Positions 25,200 to 39,650 of a stretch of DNA of 64,000 nt are shown here, piece after piece. A program made the position numbers and the translations under genes. Source of the stretch: Chlorokybus atmophyticus (Eukaryota > Plantae > Mesostigma and Chlorokybus algae); NCBI GenBank assembly GCA_009103225.1, contig RHPI01000385.1:81962-145961 (forward strand), read 5' to 3'. The notes under the pieces were generated by a model. The model saw nothing but the letters and a program-made list of their open reading frames with translations. It had not been told where the DNA came from and did not search any database. The first letter of the stretch is position 1. Each line of letters starts with the position of its first letter.

Positions 25200-28100
25200 T
25201 CCTGATACCGGCGCAATTCAGGTAAGCGTCCCATAAAGGTGGACATGGCATAGGGATATGTTGTGCGGGCATGCATTGCGGGGAATGGCATGTGCACCAT
25301 GAAGTATGCAAACTTCAATTACCAGTGCGGCAAGTTGCAGCGCTTCAAGTCGAGGCTGGGGTGCAGATATCTGCAGAGCCCTGATCTTTGCATCTATCAC
25401 CTGCAACACATGACGCATTACTACATGAGGAAACAAACATGCACACTTGCGCAAGCATCCTTTTCAACCAAGTCTATCTCCGTGTACCTCCTGTTGGCGC
25501 TCGGTTTCCCGCTCTTCACGCACACTCCTAAGATAATCCTGCGTTGGTGTGGTGTCTACTCCCTCTCCATTGCTCGCATCCACTTCAACTCCCTGCCCCT
25601 TTTCTCCCTCCACAACCTCACCCGTCCCTGCCTCCGCCCCGCTCCCGAAGCCCAGCGACCCCAGCCGCGCGTGGATGTCTCGCAGGCGAGCCTCCTCCTC
25701 CGGCTGAAAGTGAAACCCCACCTGTCGTGCCAACAACAGCTGTCAGCAGGTGCACATGTTGTTGTTCTAAACTTGTGTATCTTCAGCCGTGCACAGGGGA
25801 AGAATGGAAGACCCCACTTCCATACCTCCATAGCAGCGTCCTCACGCTTCAGCAGGTCCTCCACGAGCGTCTCCTCCTCGGGCGTGAGCGTGAAAAAGCG
25901 CGCCAGTGGGCCCGTGACATGCCTGTAGTGAGGCATCACACAGCAGGTGTGTTACTACACTGCACGTGGAACATACACCGCCTGCCTAGACTTGTCTGGC
26001 TAATTCTGCCCTCCTGCTTTGTTGGGGTGTCACCCGTGACACAGAATATCCAACAGTGCACTGAGCTAGTCTCGAGCCATTCACAGGTGTGAATGGCTCG
26101 AGACTAGCTCGAGACTCGAGAACCCGTGCCTGCTGAATTGACGCTTGTTGTCGCGTTGGTTGCATGTTGCGTCCATTTGCGCAAATGCAACAGGGTACTG
26201 AAAGCCAACACAGTTCTCACAATGCGGTGGTGCCGGCGCCCTCTCCTGCAGCCATAGCGCGCGCGAGGGCCCTGCGACGCCGCAGCCGGCTGGCGCGCTG
26301 GTGTCGCTGCGTGTGCCTTCTCGTCTCGCGCACCCGTCGCAGCCGCGTCTGGCGCTCGGCGTGACGCTCAGGGAACACCTGCACGAGGATTGTGATATTG
26401 GTGTCGATTGTGGGTCGCTGTAATCCACAACCAACTGACTGACCTCGCGGGAGATGAGCTCTGCGCGCTTGGTTTTGCGCTTGAGCACCCGGTCCAGTCT
26501 CCTGACCGCTTTAAACCTATATAAAACATGCATGGTGTGTGCGCACGCGTGCATTCGTGCGTGTGTGCGTGTGAGCATGTGTACATATTTGGCTGAGTGG
26601 GCGTGTGCGCATGTTTGTGTGTATTGAATGTGAGCGCATGCGCGTGAGCGAGTGTGCGCTCACATACAATACACGCGTACACACATGCGCGCGCGTGCGT
26701 GCGTGCAAGAAGTCTAAGGTTTGTTGCCTGCACATACGCTTCCTCAAGCTTGTAGTCGCGATTGCCGTCTTTGTCAAAGCACTCTTTCACCGGCTCGTCC
26801 TCACCGTCCTCTTCCTCATCAGCACCACCCTGCATAGAGCTTGGTATACACATACACACACGCGCACACACACATAAACATGCGCGCACACGCGCGACAT
26901 GCATAGTCACGCACCTGCTTTGAAAGACTTTCTTGCGTCAAGTCCACGCTCTTGTTTTCCACCAGCTGGCGCACATAACCCTTCAACTCGTCTCTGCGTT
27001 GGCTTTGCGCGGACTCCACTCGCTTCATCTTCTGAAAAATTGTGCCTTCTCCTCCCTCAGCTAATGGCTTGTTATCTCTCGTTAGGCTTGATATCAACCC
27101 ATCGAACGCGTCAAACGCCCAGTCCGGCCTGCGGACATCACCCTCACCCGCACGGATATCCTCCTCAGGCAGCTGCATGCTGCACGCAGCTGTGGCCGAT
27201 ATAACCGTATCCGGCCTGCTAATTAGAGTGATATTAGTGATATTGCTGTTGGTATCACTCTCCGAGCCCGAGATGCTGATGATATCTGATGCGTCGTCAT
27301 TGCCATCGGACTCGCTGTCGCTGCCCAGCAGGTGGATATCGCCCTTGCGCGTGCTGTCTGCGGGTGTGGTGCACACGCTAGAAGTAGCCGGCGTGGAGCA
27401 TGTATCGAAGGCGAGTGTGCCGCAATCGGTCCCGCTCGTGGTGCTGGACTCTCTGCTTGGTGGTGTTGACTGCAAGCCAGTCAAAAAGCTGTTCTGCAGA
27501 CTCTGTGCTGCAAAGTTAGAGATGAGTGTAAGACGTGTCACATTAAAACGTACACGTGTACAAACGCACACGTTTACTCATGTTTACATGTTTTCATGTG
27601 TGCATGTGCTTTCATCCGCACCACGGTTGCGCTTGGCGAGCTCCATGAGTGAGAGGCCTGCTTCGTCCCCGCCTGCACTCTTGGATGGCCTCAACGCGTT
27701 GCCCTGATAGGCAGGCAGCCACAGATATATAGCCATCAATGAGTCTCAAGTTTCACTTTTGCAGTTGAGAGGAGGTGTGTTGCGAACCCACCTTTGGTGT
27801 TGCATCCATTGGCTTCTGCTGCTTGCCGTTGTCCGCGGATACAGGGCGCAGCGCTGACATTGCCATACTGCAGAACGTGGAGTGACAGTTGTGTGTCTCT
27901 GTGCGTGCGTGAGTGCGTACGTGTGTGTGCGCGCGTGTGTGATTGGTGTCCAGTGCATCATAACCAACAATCAACACGAACTGTAGCTGCTCAAAAAGCA
28001 GTTTACCTTGGGTCTGGGGGCAGGAGTTCCATTGATGACACTAACTCGAGGGAGCTCTCATCGCCTGCAGTAAGTTGATCAACACCGCAGTATCAATAAG

Positions 28101-28470
28101 TCCTTCTCAATGTGCCGCACCACACAACCCACTCTGGCTTGTCAACTGTGCTCATGCGCCAGTTAGCAGTTGACTATCACACGTATGGCCAACTGCACTG
28201 ACGTGTAACAGGAATATGGGTGGTGTGTTGCATAATGATTTAACATTGCATGAAGTAATGTGACAGCAGCGGGGAGTGGGGTTGAGCGGGGTAAGTAGAC
28301 AATTATGATTGATGACAACCTCATTCTTTGCAAACACTCCTTGCATCCGCATTACGTGCTTGAGCAACCCTGTTATCTGTTGGGCAGGCGTGCCAAAGAA
28401 GGGTACTGCTAGTTATGCTCTCACCGCTTGACCGCCGCAACGACCGACGCACAGGCGGTTTGGGCCTCAT
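25200..28470 (-). CDS. Coiled-coil protein, FSIP1-like (multi-exon; 3' end approximate)
   Basis: Phase-consistent exons from MRPKPPVRRS (ATG 28470). Motifs AVRRLDRVLKRK, RFFTLTPEEETLVEDLL, GFHFQPEEEARLRDIHARL and DYLRSVREERE..IDAKIRAL recall FSIP1-family proteins. Confidence 0.5.
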
Positions 28471-28812
28471 GATGACGCTCATTCAACAAGCTCAGGAGCC
28501 TCTTCACGCCGCCACCGCTGCCGCCGCTGCGAAATTGTCCACGTGGCAGCACAGCACAGCTGCTAACGACTGTGTCACGTGACAAGCGGATCACTAAACC
28601 CGTAAGTTCGCTGAACGCAAAGACACATATGATCTGTTTCGATCACTACACTCCTTGATCCTCCTTTAGGTTCAGTGATATTAGGGTTAGATTTTCCGGG
28701 CGGCAGCGGCAGCGGTGGCGGCGAGGAGTATGGGACGTAGGTGGACGCCTAGGAGCCGGCGAAGGAGAATGCTTTGCTGTTGTTGAAGTAGATTAGCCTG
28801 CGTGCTATAATA

Positions 28813-31800
28813 ATGGCAATCCCTGCAAGCGCAGAGGTGACGTCTCCCGGATGGGTTCTGACCTACTGCATGCACGGTTGTGCTCCAAGTCAAACACAGC
28901 CGGCTGCTCATGTTACATTTATGTTATTTGAATCTATTGTATTACTCCTGATCGTCATTTTTCCGCAAGCTGTGTTTGAGGTTTAGAAATTACCTCATGC
29001 ACAGCCGGTGTCTATTCGTTCATCAGCTAACTGGTCTGCCAGTCACTCGGTGGAAGCTGCATGCAAAATGGCTTTCACACTCTACATGCTGACACTGGTT
29101 CATGCTCATTGCTTTACATCCTTATGCAGTCCGTAGTGGTACAAGTCCGCTAGTTGCATCCCGTCTTGCTGATGCCTGCGTTGATGCTGCTGCTTTGCTC
29201 AACTCCGTGTCACTCCCTTTTTCAGGTGGTCAGTAGTAAGATCGTGCGCGTGTCGTTTGGCTTCTACGCGGACGAAGAGGCTCGGGCTATTTCCGTCAAG
29301 CGAATAACAAACACAGCTCAGTTTGACTCACTGAAGAACCCTGCGCCGGACGGCGTTTATGACCCAGCGCTCGGACCTCTAGACCAGAACTCCAGGTTTG
29401 TGCTTATGCATGCCAGCCATGCGGCATATTAGTCAGCATGCGTGTCTACGGTACTATGGTTGCATGTTGTGCCCGGTACAGCATGTTACTAGCATAGCTG
29501 CGGGTTGCAGCAAGGTTCAGTTGGGATGTGGTGAACTGTTGAGTGCCGCTGCAGCTTAGTTGACAACTGCCAGAGTGTTCGTCAGCGCTGCCGTTGTACA
29601 TCATTGTCAGTTTGCAACTGGTTAAAAAGCGCATTGTCTGTTTGTCACACAATTCAATCGTATTATGAGTGCATAGTAGTGTCAATGAGCTAACCTGTGA
29701 GTATATATAAGTGTGCGTGTTTCACAGGTGTACAACATGTCGCCTGAGGTATGCGCACTGCCCTGGGCACTTCGGTCACATTGAGCTGGCTGCACCAGTG
29801 TACCATCCACTGGTATTCATGACCATGCTCAAGCTGCTGAGGTCAACTTGCCTGTACTGCCACCGCTTCAAGATGGCGACCAAGAAGGTGCAGCACCTGA
29901 TGCGCTGTCCTTTGCTGTTGTTTGGTTTGTTCGGTACCTCTGTTGTCAAGCAACCTGACATGCTTGCAGGTTGCTTTGTATAGAAGGGCCATACAGCTGC
30001 TGGCCAATGGAAAGTTGATAGAGGCGTCTGCGGTGCACCTCTTCAATGAAAAACAGGACAAAGAGGCTGCCTTAGAAGCCGCCTTAGAAGGTGGTATCCC
30101 GATGGAAGATGAGACCTTTCAGGAGGTCATTACGCACGTCGACGTGGAGGAGCCTCCCTCGGGTGACGAGTACCAGCAATGGACGACGCACACCGTGGAA
30201 GCCGCCCGCACCATTATTGGCAGCTTTTTGAGAAAGATGCCGTCTACCAAGTGCGAGAACTGCCAGGCCCATGTCCCATCCGTCAAGCGCGAAGACTTCA
30301 AACTGTTTCTGGCACCGCTGCCCGTCAAGAATGAGGCAGCAAACCTGATGAAGGGCTTGACTCTCGCAAGCGTCTTGCAGGTAGCGCGCACCCGACATGA
30401 GCATGTTGGTTTATTTGCTCGCTTCATAAAAAAGCTTGAGGCAAATGAAACATAGAAAACACAAGACATATGCTCAAAGCATTTCAGTGTGTACACAGGG
30501 TTCGCAGCTTCGTCATGCAGACTCACTTTTGTGTGCTGCAGGGCTCTGCGGGCCAAGATGCTGTGGAAGCGTTGGAAACTAAAATGGCGGAGCGGCTGGA
30601 GCAGCAGGGCATCAGAGCTGTCAGTGTTGCGGTGCCTCCTGCAGAGGTTGAAGATGAGTATGCGAGCGAACTGGATGAGGAGGGACCTCCAACAGTGGCG
30701 GCACAGCCCGTGCAAAAGTTGCCGGACTTGAAGCCGGGCAGGAAGCCGCGCGCTAAGGGCAAGGGCGGCATTGACAGTGTTGAGCTCTCAGCAGCTCCTG
30801 AGAAAGCGGCAAGAAAACCTGTGTACTTGACGCCATTGGAGGTGAGATTAGCAACTTTGTCGCATAATGGCATGATCTGCCAAGGCTGGTGGTTGATTCG
30901 AGTGTATGATTGTGTTATGCACTGACAGGTTAGAGAGCATCTGCGGCTGTTGTGGAAGAGTGAGGCGGAGACCGTGTCGCTGATATGGGGCGCAGTGCAA
31001 GCGTCAACGTCGCCGCTGGGGACTGGCTCAGTGCGTCTGAAGCGGCAGAGCGACCCCTCTGTGTTTTTCCTGCAGACCGTTCTGGTGTCCCCTAACAAGT
31101 TTCGCCCTCCGTCCTATATGAACGACAGCATCTTTGAGCACCCGCAGAACACAAACCTGGCTAAGGTTCTCAACACCAACCTGCAGCTGTCCGAAGCATC
31201 GCGCAGCGGTGATCTCGACCGTGCAACCCGCTCGTGGCTGCTGCTGCAGGTGCTGTCATGCAGCAGGCTGACCAATCTGAGTCACAACAAAACACTGTCG
31301 CAGTCGTAGGTGTTGTTGGTTCATGTTTTGTTGTGTTACAGGACGCAGTGCAGCTCCTGCTGTCCGGGCCTCGGGGGGCTGCGAGCACCCAGATGCCACC
31401 TGGCATCAAGCAGCAGCTGGAGAAAAAGGAAGGGTTGTTTCGCAAAAACATGATGGGAAAGCGTGTGAACTACGCCTGCCGTTCAGTCATCTCGCCTGAC
31501 CCCTACATTGCAACAAACGAGATAGGCATCCCTCCTTATTTTGCTACCCGCTTGTCCTACAGGTTTGCTTCAACTTTCTTGGTGTGTCATGTCACGCTGC
31601 AAGTTGGGTCACCTTGCATCATTGGAGCATTGCAATTCATTCATTTGTGTGCGTCTTTGCAGGGAGCTCGTCACTGCTTACAATGTGGAGGAGTTGCGCC
31701 AGGCCGTCGTTAATGGGCATGCGGTGCATCCGGGCGCCAATGCTGTGGAGGACAACCAAGGAAGGCTGATCACTTTGTCTCTGCTGAGCCCTCAGAAGCG

Positions 31801-34800
31801 CGAAGCCCTTGCTAGAACACTTCTCAAGTCCGGCCGCGCTGTGTATCGGCATCTTAGAGACGGCGATGCTGTCCTTGTCAACCGCCAGGTACTGCTAGTG
31901 TCCTCACTACTGCTCACTTGTTATTCGGTTCAGCATGGCCGATGTAACCAACACTTGGCATTGCATGCGTGCAGCCAACACTGCACAAGCCCGGCATCAT
32001 GGCGCACACAGCGCGTGTTCTGCGCAGTCAGAAGACGCTGCGGTTGCACTACGCGAACTGCAGCACGTACAACGCCGACTTTGATGGAGACGAGATGAAT
32101 GTGCATTTACCGCAAGATGAGTTTGGACGCGCTGAGGCATATGCCATCGTGAACGCCAACGAACAGTACATTGTCCCAACAAGTGGCGCACCCATACGCG
32201 GTCTTATCCAAGATCACATCGTCAGTGGGACACTTCTCACCAAAAAAGACACCTTCCTGACCAAGGAGGAGTATCACTTCCTCGTGTACATAGCGTGTTC
32301 AACGGTAGGGGCCACTCGCGATCTCAATGAGCCAGTGTTCGAACCGCTCCCTCCCGCTATCTTGAAACCGCAACCGCTGTGGACCGGCAAACAGGTATGA
32401 GACGATGCAATGTTCGCTGGCCAACTGGCTTCCTGCCTGTGATGTACAGGGTTAGGGTTAGGTAGTTTTTTACAAGCTGAGTTGTGGCATGCTTCAGGTT
32501 CTTAGCTCGCTCATACTCCATTTGACTAGAGGCCGAGCGCCTCTGTCCTTCAAGTCTGCATGCAAGGTGGCGTCCTCTTACTGGGGTGCTGGGAATGGAG
32601 AGGGCGAGGTGCTTGTGCGCAATGGAGAACTGCTCGCTGGCATCCTTGACAAGGCGCAGTTTGGAAAATTTGGGCTGGTGCATTCCGTACATGAGCTGTA
32701 TGGCGGCAAAGCAGCTGGCGACTTGCTGTCAGCGCTTTCCAGACTGCTCACCAATTATTTACAGGTGCATTGTTGCTACCACACTGGTTGAGGTGAAGAA
32801 CATGCATTTGTGCAAACTGAGTAGGAGAAGCAACTCCTGATCTGCGGTCTGTGCAGTTACATGGTTTTACTTGTGGCATCGACGATCTGTTGCTGGTGCC
32901 TTCATCCGAGGAAGTCCGAAGCACAATGCTGCAAGCGACGGCGCAACATGGAGCTGACGTGTATGCCGCTTTCTCCGGGTTGGGATCAAGGCCACCGGGA
33001 TTGTCGGACGAAGAGTGGGGAAAGCGCGTGCGCGATGCCGTTTCTGCACGAGTGCGTTCCCGCGATGATGCCGCAGCCGCGCTGGACATGAAAATGACGT
33101 CTGCACTATCGCCCCTGACGAGTAACATCATCAAGCAGTGCATCCCGTCCGGCCAGCTCAAGCCCTTCCCGAGGAACTGCATGTCTCTCATGACGGTGAC
33201 CGGCGCCAAGGGTAGCATTGTTAATTTCTCTCAAATCTCCGCCATGCTTGGCCAGCAGGAGCTCGAAGGTCGACGCGTACCCTCAATGGCGAGCAACAAG
33301 AGTCTTCCATGCTTCAGGTGTGCACTTGACTTAGAGGCCATGCGAAATATGTGTCACAAGTGTGGGTGTGGTGCTGACATCTGCTTTGCCCCGTCAGACC
33401 TAACGACCCGGCACCTCGTGCTGGCGGCTATATTGTTGACCGTTTCCTCACTGGTTTGCGTCCTCAAGAGTACTACTTCCATTGTATGGCTGGGCGTGAT
33501 GGTCTTGTTGATACAACTGTCAAGGTGGGTTTTTCATCAGGTTGTTTGCGGTCGGCCTATGGGTTGTAGTCTCGAGGGTGCAGATTGGGTGACCACTGGA
33601 ATGTCATGCAGACTTCCCGCAGTGGCTATCTGCAGCGTTGCCTCATAAAGAACCTGGAGAGCCTCAAGGTGGAGTACGACTACACTGTCCGAGACAATGA
33701 CAGCGGCATCGTGCAGTTTTACTATGGCGAGGATGGGTTGGACCCGACGCGCACGTCGTTCCTTAACAACTTTGCATTCATGCATGAAAACCTGCCACTC
33801 GTAACACAACAAGTGCGGCCAGAGGTGCTGCTCGGATCAGGCGTTGAGCAGGCCGGGCACAGGAACTCGAGCGATACTACAACGTTGCTAGATGAGTTCA
33901 CACTGGGGAGCTGCTTAGGTGCCGTGTCCGAGTCCTTTGCTGGCAAGCTGGGAGCTTTTGTGGACGAGACGCGTAAGAAGCTGAAGAAGAAGGCACAGCG
34001 CAAGGAGTTCCGAGACGTCATGAACATGCGCTACATGAGGGCTTTGGCGCAACCCGGCGAGGCTGTTGGCGTGGTGGCGGCACAATCTGTAGGCGAACCG
34101 TCTACGCAAATGACCCTCAACACCTTCCATTTCGCCGGCCGCGGTGAAGCCAATGTCACGCTGGGTATCCCTCGCCTGCGCGAGATACTGATGACAGCCT
34201 CACAGGTAGGCACTTGTCCAGCTGGTGTTCTGCCATCCTGGTCTTTTGAGCTGCTTATCATCTCTGCTATGTTATTTTTTGAATCAACTACTCCGTTACA
34301 GAAAATCAAGACGCCTGTAATGACACTTCCCTTGCGCATGGGATGCACCACAGAAGATGCGCAGACGCTGGCGGGTACTTTGCAGCGTCTGCAGCTCCCG
34401 CAGGTGCTGGCGGAAGCCTCTGTCGTGGAGATACCGGTCGCACAGGCTGCCGACAAGGTTACCAACGAAAGACAGTACCGTGTGCGCCTCCGCTTCCATC
34501 CCGAACACAGGTCGGAAGTGATGAACCCGTGGGCCCAGTACTCAGCTGACTTGTTGGTCATGGTGCACTATCTCGTAGAGGTTGTGATGTGGGTTGAGAT
34601 CTGGTGCTAAGCCCAGTTGTGACCGCATGAGCAGGTACCCGGAACATCTGCAGCTCACGTTTGAAGAGTGTGCGGACGTGTTTAAACGAAAGTTTGTGCC
34701 GATTGTGATTGCGGCCGTAAACAAAGCCGGCAAGCTTGCGAGAGCCGGCAACACAGACATAGGCGTGTCGACGATATCCTCTGCACCGCGCCTAACCGCT

Positions 34801-36368
34801 GGGGGGAATGGAGCTTCCCAGAAGAAGAGTGAGGACGCGGATATGGAGGACGGAGAAGATCTCTTGGACTCTGAAACCCTCCGGGAGCAGCGCAATCGCA
34901 GCAACGATGCTTCTTATGAAGCGCCAGATGAGGAAGAACGGGACCTCGCAAAGGCCGCTCAGAAGGTTTCTCAGCGTAATGATGTGGTGCAGGTATGTTC
35001 AGTTGCTGCCCAAATTCAATTCAGTATTTGATATGCCAGCCAAACTGGTCATGTTTCAGCTTATGGGAAGCAGCAGCTGGACCAGCTTAGTCGGCTGGAT
35101 ATTGGTCATAAACAGTGTTTTGATTGTTGTTAATGCACTTTGAAGCGCAACGTCGTCTTCGTGCAGGTTGATGCGGGTGCTGAAAGCGATGAGGAGACGC
35201 AACCAGATACCACTCTTTTGCCTCTTGAAGGTGTGGATGCGGACGCCAACGGAAGCATGGCAGTCAATCCTAATGATAGACATATTGTGGACAGCGACTC
35301 ATACACCTGTACAACCGTGTTGTCCGTGCCCCTTGATTGCCCAAAACTGCTCGTGCTTGAGGTAAGATACGCGCGCAGCACCTACCGGGTATAGCACAAA
35401 GTGTCGACCAGGAATAATTATTGCAGTGTGCTAGTGTCTGGAGCACCATGGAGTGCATGTTCTGCAAGTTGGTGATGCAGGTCTTGTTGGACGTGTCTTC
35501 TTGACATCTGTTTAATAGTCTCCGTCAACAGATGGTGGAGCGAACAGCAGCGTCGGTGTCTGTACGCAGCACTCCCGGCATCGGCCAATGCTACGTCGTG
35601 CAAACTGCGGACACCCAGCAGCCTGCGGTGCAAACGGACGGCGTCAACATGGAAGGCGTCTGGCTTCACGATGATGTTGTCGACACGGAGCGCATCACGA
35701 CAAACGACATTGGTGGCGTGCTGCACACGTGAGTTTGGTTGTAACAAAGGCTGTCAACCTAACAGTAACACATGCTCATGCAAACAGGTTCAAGTGTATT
35801 GAGAGTGTTCTTTTGAGCAGGTATGGCGTAGAGGCAGCAAGGGCCACAATACTGTCGGAGGTGTCGTCTGTTTTCAATGCGTATGGCATTGCTGTTGACA
35901 GGAGGCATCTCAGTCTGATTGCGGACTTCATGACCTTCCAGGGCGGCTACAGGCAAGCATGCTGCATGTTCATCGCACTGCAGCACACTTGTCATCTCTA
36001 AGACATGAGTTTCTGATTTGTGTTGTCGATTGTATGTCTGCCAGGCCGTGCAACAGGCTTGGTATAGACTCCAGCCCCTCGCCTTTGCTAAAAATGAGCT
36101 TTGAGACAGCCGGGCAGTTCCTGACAGATGCCACTCTACGAGGCCTGTCTGATACGCTTGAGAGCCCCTCGGTGAGTACTGCGTTCATTGTGGAGTAGAT
36201 TAATGCACGAGTATCAACAAGTGCATCCATTTTCGTCAAGTGTTGTAGTGGACCTTCATTAAAGATTTGCTCAACATGCAGGCTCGCATTGTGATGGGCC
36301 TGCCTGTGACGCTTGGCACTGGAAGAGTGGAATTGCTTCAGCACTTGGAGGTCCTGGAGCTGTGTTGA
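28813..36368 (+). CDS. RPA1: DNA-directed RNA polymerase I largest subunit (multi-exon)
   Basis: [30 protein letters not shown], catalytic [67 protein letters not shown] and MSFET are Pol I-type variants. Probable first exon MAIPASAE at 28813. Confidence 0.95.
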
Positions 36369-37390
36369 TGAGTGCTGACTTTTTGTCATCTGAGGTTGGC
36401 GACCGGCCCGCCAAGCTTCATGTGCTCAAGGAGCACTTGGCCAGCCAGTGTCTGACATCAACGCCTTGTTGCTGTCGCTAGTGGCTGTGCTCTGTGCGCG
36501 CAGAAGTTCCAAGGAGTACAAAAGTATCTGTGTGGACGTCGTGAGTGTTGCAGCTTAGCGCATTATGTGAAGTCTGTATATAGGAGCTTGGCAATGGCTG
36601 GAACCTTGGAAGGTGTGCATTGTTGCTTGAACTTGAACTTAGAGATGCAGGTGCAACTGCGTGTGGGTAATGTACTGCGTAGCACAAGCACTGCACAGTT
36701 TTCCTGTGTATGGTGCTTCAGACGTCACGTCTCTGATTGGGCAAGGCCTTTTTCGCAAGCACAGGGTTTACCATTAATAATGACATGATGAACGTTGATA
36801 GTCAAAGCCATAGCACTACACTTGCCAAACATGGTCAATGTCACATGGTTAACGATGGTAGCTGGTACACTTACTCATGCAATTGCACTGAGTATGCGTC
36901 CTGCAATTGCATTCGTAGGTAGCAAATCATGGCAATGCGATTTAACGTGCGAGGATACACGGTAAGATGTGCCAGTTGCACTTGTAGTGGTTATCGAGTG
37001 TCCAGGCCGCAATGGCTATGTAATATATTGCAGCCTGTCAGAATGTACATAACACGCCAAGAAAAGAAACCGCAAGAGCATGCACTAACTTACACTTGCA
37101 TACTGAACATGTACATGCAAGTACATTCACAACTGCCACCTAAAGTGGCAACTTAGGTGGCCACAGAAAAGAAACTACATCAAGCCCAACAATCCCAAGC
37201 CCTCATTTTTACACAAATCTACACAGCTTGATACATACAGCTCAACTGACGACTTGTCCAGAAGCTCACATCACCCCCCCACCAACTCACAAACCAGTCA
37301 GTCGGGCATGCCGACGACGAAACCTACAGGATCAATCGTAAAGCACAGTCCCCCAAGGTCTAGTCCACGCAAACCTCGCCGCTGGACAAA

Positions 37391-39650
37391 CTACTGTACA
37401 CGAAGTGGTTTACACAGATGCGAGCATGGGGGGCTGCAAAGGGCAGACACCAACTTTGATGCAAAGGTCCGGTGTCAGCTCCGTCCGAGCTTCTTCAAAG
37501 ACAAGTGGTGCGTAAGTGTCCACCAGACTTTGGCACTGTCAAGGCAACGCATTGTCAGATAAGCGCATGTCGTCTCCCAGCAATGACACTGTAACACAGC
37601 ATCACGCAACGAGACTCACTTGCTCAATAACGCTAGGGAAGTTCATGCAAATGTTCTTCAACATGGTGACGATTGCCTCCTGCAGATCGAACATGGTCAT
37701 TGACATGGGCAAATCCAGTTCGACCGTTACAACTGCAACCTCACTAGAGTTGAAAGTTACATGGATAACTGACCTGCGTCTTCACGTCGCTGAGCTCTAG
37801 TGCAGCCTCTTGCACAAGGTATGTGCACATGTCACAGTTGCGGTCAGAAACTTCAAAACCTTCCAGATGCGCCACCAAAGATGCTGATGGAGGTTCAGGT
37901 ACGCAGATGCCAAGCGCGCGGCACACCTCACCGGGCCCAAGGATCTCCAAAAGCTGGATCATCTCAGGTCCGTACTGGTCCACAACGTTGGTGCACTGCA
38001 TTGGTCATTGAACAGACTGTAAGCTTCTCTCAACATCCTGTAAGGTACGTGCAGCTCAATTTTCTGTGAGGTAAACGTGTAACTCGACACAATGTTTGTC
38101 TCGCCATATTGAGCGTGCAGGCGGCTTGGCATGAGACATACGACAGGATGCAGGCAGTCAGGCTCTTCCAGCACCCAGTTCGTCAGTCAGCGACAATCCA
38201 TGTTCAATGTATAAGTTGGATGCAAACTTTAGCTTTGGTTAAGTGCATGTATGTTGGCACACTAGGGTGCATGTGTACTGCCTCTGATTGCTAGCTAACT
38301 ACTTGTTTTTTCTTTTGGGGAGGTTGGTGTGGTTGAGGAGGAGGATGTGCGGGCGTGCATGCGAGACTTTATCGCGCGGGACGTGTGTACACGCGGTGTG
38401 GAGAGACTCGTACGAAAGATAGCGTGGCTACCGTACACGCCTCGCGTGAGACAAGTACGTGTTGTGTGGGTGTGGGTGTGGGTGTGAGTGTGGGTTATTT
38501 TACCTTCTGCGTACAACGTGTACAAAATGATACCGTGTATGTTGTAGAGTGTGAAGAAGGACAAAGTTGANTTGTTGGCCAACTTGCGCAGAATCTTGGT
38601 GGCAATAAATTGGCAAAGGACACACGTATTATGGTCATCCAGAGTGGGCCGGCACATCTTGGTAAGACCGCACAGCTTTTTGGGAGGCAGGTTCGTCTCC
38701 AGCACATCAATAACAGCTGGCACCAGGGCTGGAGCCAGTGTCAAGCACTGTCAACAAAATATTGACATGAAGGGTTTATTTCAAAACAGGCCACATGCCA
38801 AAACAAGCACGAGGTAGCAGTTCTTACGACAGGGTCTGTGAGTTGCATGCATAGCGACCAGCACAATTGCAATACCTGCTGCTGGATGTCACCACTGAGG
38901 CGACCGCACAGTTGCTTGACCAGCTCATCGGTGATTTGGTCAATGGTTTCAGGGTCGCGCAAGGCACGCTCAACCTCAGCTGTGACAATCTCACAAGTCT
39001 CACAGGCAGCCTTGCCGTTGACTGCTGGGTACGCTGAAGCTTTGAAAAGTGGCACCGCGGCAATCTTGGAGTCACCTTCAGCGTGTCAAAACACCGTCAA
39101 CAGCTTGCTCAGAATAGTTCAAGTGACAACGATTGACATATGCTGCTGCCAATTCAACATCAACAGCAACCTTCAGGTCTCAGCAATGCGCACACTCGTT
39201 GCCGGCACTACTCGCAATGATATTCTTCTTGCACAAAGCCAACTGCTCCTGACCATAAGCTCTAGGAGTTGCTAGCGACTGCTATCATTTAGGGCAAACA
39301 AGACGTTCTGCCATATGCACACTGCTCTAGTGTAGCGATGCGTGCGAACACAACAATGTTGTGAGAACTAAACGTCTGTTCCAGCAATGCCTCAACCATA
39401 ACTCCAGTACTCGTCCAGCTCAATTGGCCGCACCACAACAGCCTTGCAGTATTTCCATATGGGCATGTGTCTTGACACCGCTCGGCGGCAACCACTACGT
39501 AAACGCAAGCAATAAGCGCAACAATCAGTAGTCACCTGCGATATCCCGGACAGACAGCACCGGGGCGGGCACGGCCGCCAGCAGCAGCAGCAGGGCGCAG
39601 CAGAAGGCCATCATCCCGCTGCGCCAGGCAAGCACGGAGCCGAGCGCCAT
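37391..39650 (-). CDS. Prosaposin-like secreted protein with several saposin-B domains
   Basis: Signal peptide MALGSVLAW..CCALLLLLAAVPA; repeated saposin Cys patterns CETCEI..LC..CLTLAP..KLCGLTKMC, CVLCQF, CTNVVDQYGP..VCRALGIC, CDMCTY, CQSLVDTYAP..LCIKVGVC. Confidence 0.8.

Noticed and set aside
27042-27707. 221-aa plus-strand ORF, and similar long antisense ORFs such as 30119-30715 and 16112-16717
   Set aside because: Antisense shadows of the FSIP1-like, RPA1 and PUS1 exons in GC-rich coding DNA.
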